Assembly (NCBI GenBank): GCA_036381615.1
Contig: DASVCL010000066.1
Coordinates: forward strand, 24,676 to 88,675
DNA from: Alphaproteobacteria bacterium
Lineage (GTDB): Bacteria; Pseudomonadota; Alphaproteobacteria; CACIAM-22H2
Length of the DNA: 64,000 bases
Direction: 5' to 3'
Positions 60,825 to 64,000 of this stretch are shown here, one piece after another (within the stretch, counting starts at the first letter, position 1; the number at the start of each line of letters is the position of its first letter). The notes below the pieces were generated by a model that was given only the letters and a program-made list of their open reading frames with translations, was not told the origin of the DNA and did not search any database. The translations under genes were made by a program, and so were the position numbers.

Positions 60825-61798
60825 CCGCGCTTCGTGCGGAAATACTCGTAGAGTCCCTCGAATACTTCGGCGCCGCGTGCGAGCCGCTCGGTGTCCGCCG
60901 CCGTCGCCATCGCGATGCCGGCGATGAGACGGGCGATGCCGGCGGCTTCCTCGCGGCCGAACTTGGCATCCTTCAGGTCGATGTCGTGCACGATCTCGCC
61001 GATCGCCTTCAGGGCCGGATCACGGATGTCCAGTCGCGCCAGCAGCGTTTCGAACGTGCAGCGATCGCCCTCATGCGTGAACTCGGCCTGGAACATGTCG
61101 AAGCGGAGCTCGCCCGGCCTCGGTCTGTAACCCTTGCCGGGCACGAACTTGAAGGTGGCGGCCGGATCGATGAAACGCCGGATGAGCCAAGCCGATGCGA
61201 TGCGGTCGACCTGAACGCCCTGGCGCGTGACCCAGGTTCGACCCTTGAGTTCGCCGAATGTCGCATCGGCCGCGTCAACGGCCGGTGCCGCGTTCCCGGC
61301 GGTGCGGGCTTCGAGCGACGAGATCAGTCCTTCCGCCGTCTCCCGGCCGTTCGCACCGAAAAAATCGATGTCGATGACCCGCGCCAGTCGTGTGCGCAGG
61401 CGCACGATCTGCGGCTTCGCCTCGGAAAGCCTGTCCGCCGTTTCGTCGTTGCCGAGGTCCTTCAGCAGCGCCCGTGCCTCTTTCGCGATCTGTTCGTAGT
61501 CCGCATCACGCGCGGCGTCGAACTTGGCGCGAACCTCCTGGTCGGAAAGGCCGTCGATCAGACGCGCCTCGCACACCATTCCCTCGCCGCCGCCTTCGAC
61601 GATCTCGCGCAGGACCCACTCGAAATCCTCCTGCGCCTGATCGCTGACGGGAAGCGCATAGACGGCGTTCTTCACGGCCACGGCGCCGATCGCCTGCAGG
61701 CGGCGCCGGATCTTCACGCGCATATAGGCCGGCTTGGCCGGAAGCTGGTGGACAAGCAGCAGCCAGCGGTCGGTCGCGCTCATGCCGTGATCGTTCAT
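60821..61798 (-). CDS. chrB: chromate resistance regulator-like protein ChrB
   Basis: WLLLVHQLPAKPAYMRVKIRRRLQAIGAVAVKNAVYALP N-domain and C-terminal ChrB_C/rhodanese-like part. Confidence 0.85.
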   Translation of the reverse strand: MNDHGMSATDRWLLLVHQLPAKPAYMRVKIRRRLQAIGAVAVKNAVYALPVSDQAQEDFEWVLREIVEGGGEGMVCEARLIDGLSDQEVRAKFDAARDADYEQIAKEARALLKDLGNDETADRLSEAKPQIVRLRTRLARVIDIDFFGANGRETAEGLISSLEARTAGNAAPAVDAADATFGELKGRTWVTRQGVQVDRIASAWLIRRFIDPAATFKFVPGKGYRPRPGELRFDMFQAEFTHEGDRCTFETLLARLDIRDPALKAIGEIVHDIDLKDAKFGREEAAGIARLIAGIAMATAADTERLARGAEVFEGLYEYFRTKRG

Positions 61799-61814
61799 GA
61801 TACTACTGTATCAT
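61797..61814. promoter_or_regulatory. inverted repeat ATGATAC-TACT-GTATCAT overlapping the chrB start codon; third half-site GTATCAT at 61839-61845
   Basis: Read directly in a roughly 40% GC patch upstream of chrB. Confidence 0.4.
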
Positions 61815-62360
61815 CAAGGTACACAACATGAAACACATGTATCATGAACAGTTCGGGTATACCGTGCGACCGCAAGAGGGAGGAGGGTGCTCATCGGTGC
61901 GGCTTGGCCGCCGCCGTTCAAGCCAGGCCGGGGATGTCGGGATCTCGGTCCACTTCAAGCCGATCCCGGGCACGGTCGACCAAGTGGCCCGCCGGATGGT
62001 GTGTCTTCCCGAGCAACGACGACATTGCGCGCACCCGCGCGGGAGGCCAACGTGCGTCTCGACGAGGTGGCCGATGGCGGGCGTCAGCGATTTGCCGGCC
62101 TCGATGTGCCGGTCGCGAATGACAGGCGGTAGCTGCTGACCCTACGGATGGACCGTGATCGGTTCAACGTGGGGCCGGAGGAAAGTTGCCGTCTCAGGCG
62201 ACGGATCGCACCTTGTCCGGATGCCGGTCGGATCGGGCTCCGGACCAAGGCGCAGGGCGTCACGCAATTCGGCGAGCTTGTCGCCAAACGATTGCACGAG
62301 CCATGAATACATACACCAGTTTCGCCGGCTTCCGACGGGCCCGACGAAACGGCGCGCCGG

Positions 62361-62389
62361 CGAAAACGACCCGGCCCTTACCGGCCGGG
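62361..62389 (-). terminator. rho-independent terminator of greA
   Basis: Minus strand: CCCGGCC-ggtaag-GGCCGGG then TCGTTTTCG, about 15 nt after the greA stop. Confidence 0.7.
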
Positions 62390-62403
62390 ATGAGCCGGCG
62401 CCG

Positions 62404-62877
62404 TCACTTGTAGCGGACGCGGATGATCTCGTAGGCCTTGGAGCCGCGCGGCGTGGTGACCTCGACCGAATCGCCGGTCTGCTTGCCGATCAGCGCGCGG
62501 GCGAGCGGCGAGGTAATGGAGAGCCGCCCCTTCTGGATATCCGCCTCCTCGGCGCCGACGATCTGATAGGTCGTCTCCTCGCCGGAGTCCTCGTCAGCGA
62601 GCGTAACCTTGGCGCCGAACTTGATGACCTTGCCCGACAGTTTGGTGACGTCGATCACTTCGGCCCGCGCGATCTTGTCCTCGAGCTCGGCGACGCGGCC
62701 CTCGATGAAGCTCTGCCGTTCGCGCGCGGCGTGGTATTCAGCGTTCTCCGACAGATCGCCGTGGTCGCGCGCCTCGGCGATCGCCTTGATCACGGCTGGA
62801 CGCTCCACCGTCTTGAGGTGCTTGAGCTCGGCCTCCAGCCGCGCCAAGCCATCCGGGGTCATCGGAATCTTTTCCAT
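62404..62877 (-). CDS. greA: transcription elongation factor GreA
   Basis: [52 protein letters not shown]; 157 aa from ATG 62877. Confidence 0.95.
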   Translation of the reverse strand: MEKIPMTPDGLARLEAELKHLKTVERPAVIKAIAEARDHGDLSENAEYHAARERQSFIEGRVAELEDKIARAEVIDVTKLSGKVIKFGAKVTLADEDSGEETTYQIVGAEEADIQKGRLSITSPLARALIGKQTGDSVEVTTPRGSKAYEIIRVRYK

Positions 62878-62957
62878 CGACAACGACCTTCGCCTTTCGG
62901 GACCGTACCGGCAGACCGGCACAATCCCGACGTCATTCATCCTGGTGGATACCGGGA

Positions 62958-64000
62958 TCAGAAAGATGTCTCAAAATACGACTGGAGCGGCGCGACTTCA
63001 AGACTACCGGCGCGGAGCGCGGCAATGGCCTCGACGGTCGCCCGGGCCCCCGCGACGGTCGTGCAATAGGGAATATTACCCAAGAGCGCCGTCTGGCGGA
63101 TGTCGAAGCTGTCGGCGAGCGCCTGCGAACCCTCCGTCGTGTTGAAGACGAGGTGGATTTCGCCGTTCTTCATGGCGTCCACCACGTGCGGACGGCCTTC
63201 GAGCACCTTGTTGATGACACCGACCTCGAGTCCGGCCCTGCAGAGGAACGCGGCGGTGCCGCGCGTCGCGACCACCCGGAAGCCCATCGTCAGAAGGCGG
63301 CGCACGGGCTCGACGATCGCCGGTTTGTCGCCGTCCTTGACCGAGACGAAGACGGTACCGGCGAGCGGCAGGTTGGAGTTGCTGCCGAGCTGGGCCTTGG
63401 CAAAAGCGTGGCCGAAATCGATGTCGATGCCCATGACCTCGCCGGTCGACTTCATCTCCGGCCCGAGGATCACGTCGGTGCCCGGAAAGCGGGCGAACGG
63501 GAAGACGGCCTCCTTGACGGCGACGTGCCGGAGCCGTGTGTTGGCCAGATCGAACGACGCGAGCTTCTCGCCGACCATGATCCGGGCGGCGATCTTGGCA
63601 ATCGGCACGCCAGTCGCCTTGGCGACGAACGGCACCGTCCGCGACGCGCGGGGATTGACTTCGAGGATGTAGACTTCGCCGTCCTTGACCGCAAACTGCA
63701 CGTTCATCAGGCCGACGACGTTGAGCGTACGGGCGAGCAGGCCGGTCTGGCGCGCGATCTCGTCGATGATCTTCGGCGGTAGCGAGTAGGGCGGCAGCGA
63801 ACAGGCGGAGTCGCCGGAATGGATACCGGCCTCCTCGATATGCTCCATGATGCCGGCCACGTGCACGGTCTCGCGGTCGCACAGCGCATCGACATCGACT
63901 TCGATCGCATCCTGCAGATAGGAGTCGATCAGAACGGGGTTCTTGCCGGAGACGCGCACCGCCTCGACCATGAAGCTGCGCAGCGCCTCGGCGTCGTGAA
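62958..64000 (-). CDS. carB: carbamoyl-phosphate synthase large subunit, C-terminal part (gene continues past window end)
   Basis: ATP-grasp 2 end ([43 protein letters not shown]) and MGS-like allosteric domain. Confidence 0.95.
   Translation of the reverse strand, partial: HDAEALRSFMVEAVRVSGKNPVLIDSYLQDAIEVDVDALCDRETVHVAGIMEHIEEAGIHSGDSACSLPPYSLPPKIIDEIARQTGLLARTLNVVGLMNVQFAVKDGEVYILEVNPRASRTVPFVAKATGVPIAKIAARIMVGEKLASFDLANTRLRHVAVKEAVFPFARFPGTDVILGPEMKSTGEVMGIDIDFGHAFAKAQLGSNSNLPLAGTVFVSVKDGDKPAIVEPVRRLLTMGFRVVATRGTAAFLCRAGLEVGVINKVLEGRPHVVDAMKNGEIHLVFNTTEGSQALADSFDIRQTALLGNIPYCTTVAGARATVEAIAALRAGSLEVAPLQSYFETSF

Noticed and set aside
61860-62300. Protein-like minus-strand frames (e.g. FGDKLAELRDALRLGPEPDP.., QQLPPVIRDRHIEAGKSLTPAIGHLVE..) between chrB and greA
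   Set aside because: They are interrupted by stops and frame changes, have no start or SD, and no family was recognised. They are possibly a gene remnant but too weak to annotate.

Overview
High-GC (about 65%) chromosomal segment with gene content and local synteny typical of an alphaproteobacterium (Rhizobiales-like; inference only). About 60 protein genes are supported. There are no rRNA or tRNA genes, no CRISPR array and no intact mobile element. Layout: (1) 1-13.4 kb is a surface polysaccharide/glycolipid cluster: GT2 fragment, Tat-signal beta-helix enzyme, Wzy-like polymerase, GT9, two GT4s, a Wzc/ExoP-type BY-kinase co-polymerase, an MsbA-like ABC exporter and an LpxL-family acyltransferase. 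(2) 13.8-19.4 kb holds envelope and housekeeping genes (rnk, PAP2, OmpA/DUF4398, DUF1194). (3) 19.5-22.4 kb is a small islet with a 34% GC promoter gap, unannotatable small ORFs and an orphan ABC exporter. (4) Next come pckG with an apparently circularly permuted ROK-like kinase, trxC, azlCD, rpmJ and glcDEF. (5) The 0.9 kb glcF-terC gap holds two block-structured microsatellite arrays plus a promoter and T-tract leader. (6) msrP lies here without msrQ, followed by a Cys-rich four-helix-bundle protein and a ferritin-like protein. (7) A GC-depressed decayed stretch is followed by a compact multi-hairpin sRNA candidate with anti-SD motifs, next to a LysR gene and trxB (AbcR/VtlR-LsrB-like arrangement). 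(8) A 638-aa unknown repeat protein and an ELM1-like transferase sit between trxB and lrp. (9) The window ends with usp, an antiporter, MFS-chrA-chrB, then greA and a carB fragment. The most interesting items are the permuted kinase, the tandem arrays, the sRNA candidate and the 638-aa unknown. I found no clear complete novel multi-gene system. All family calls rest on motifs read by eye; no searches were run.
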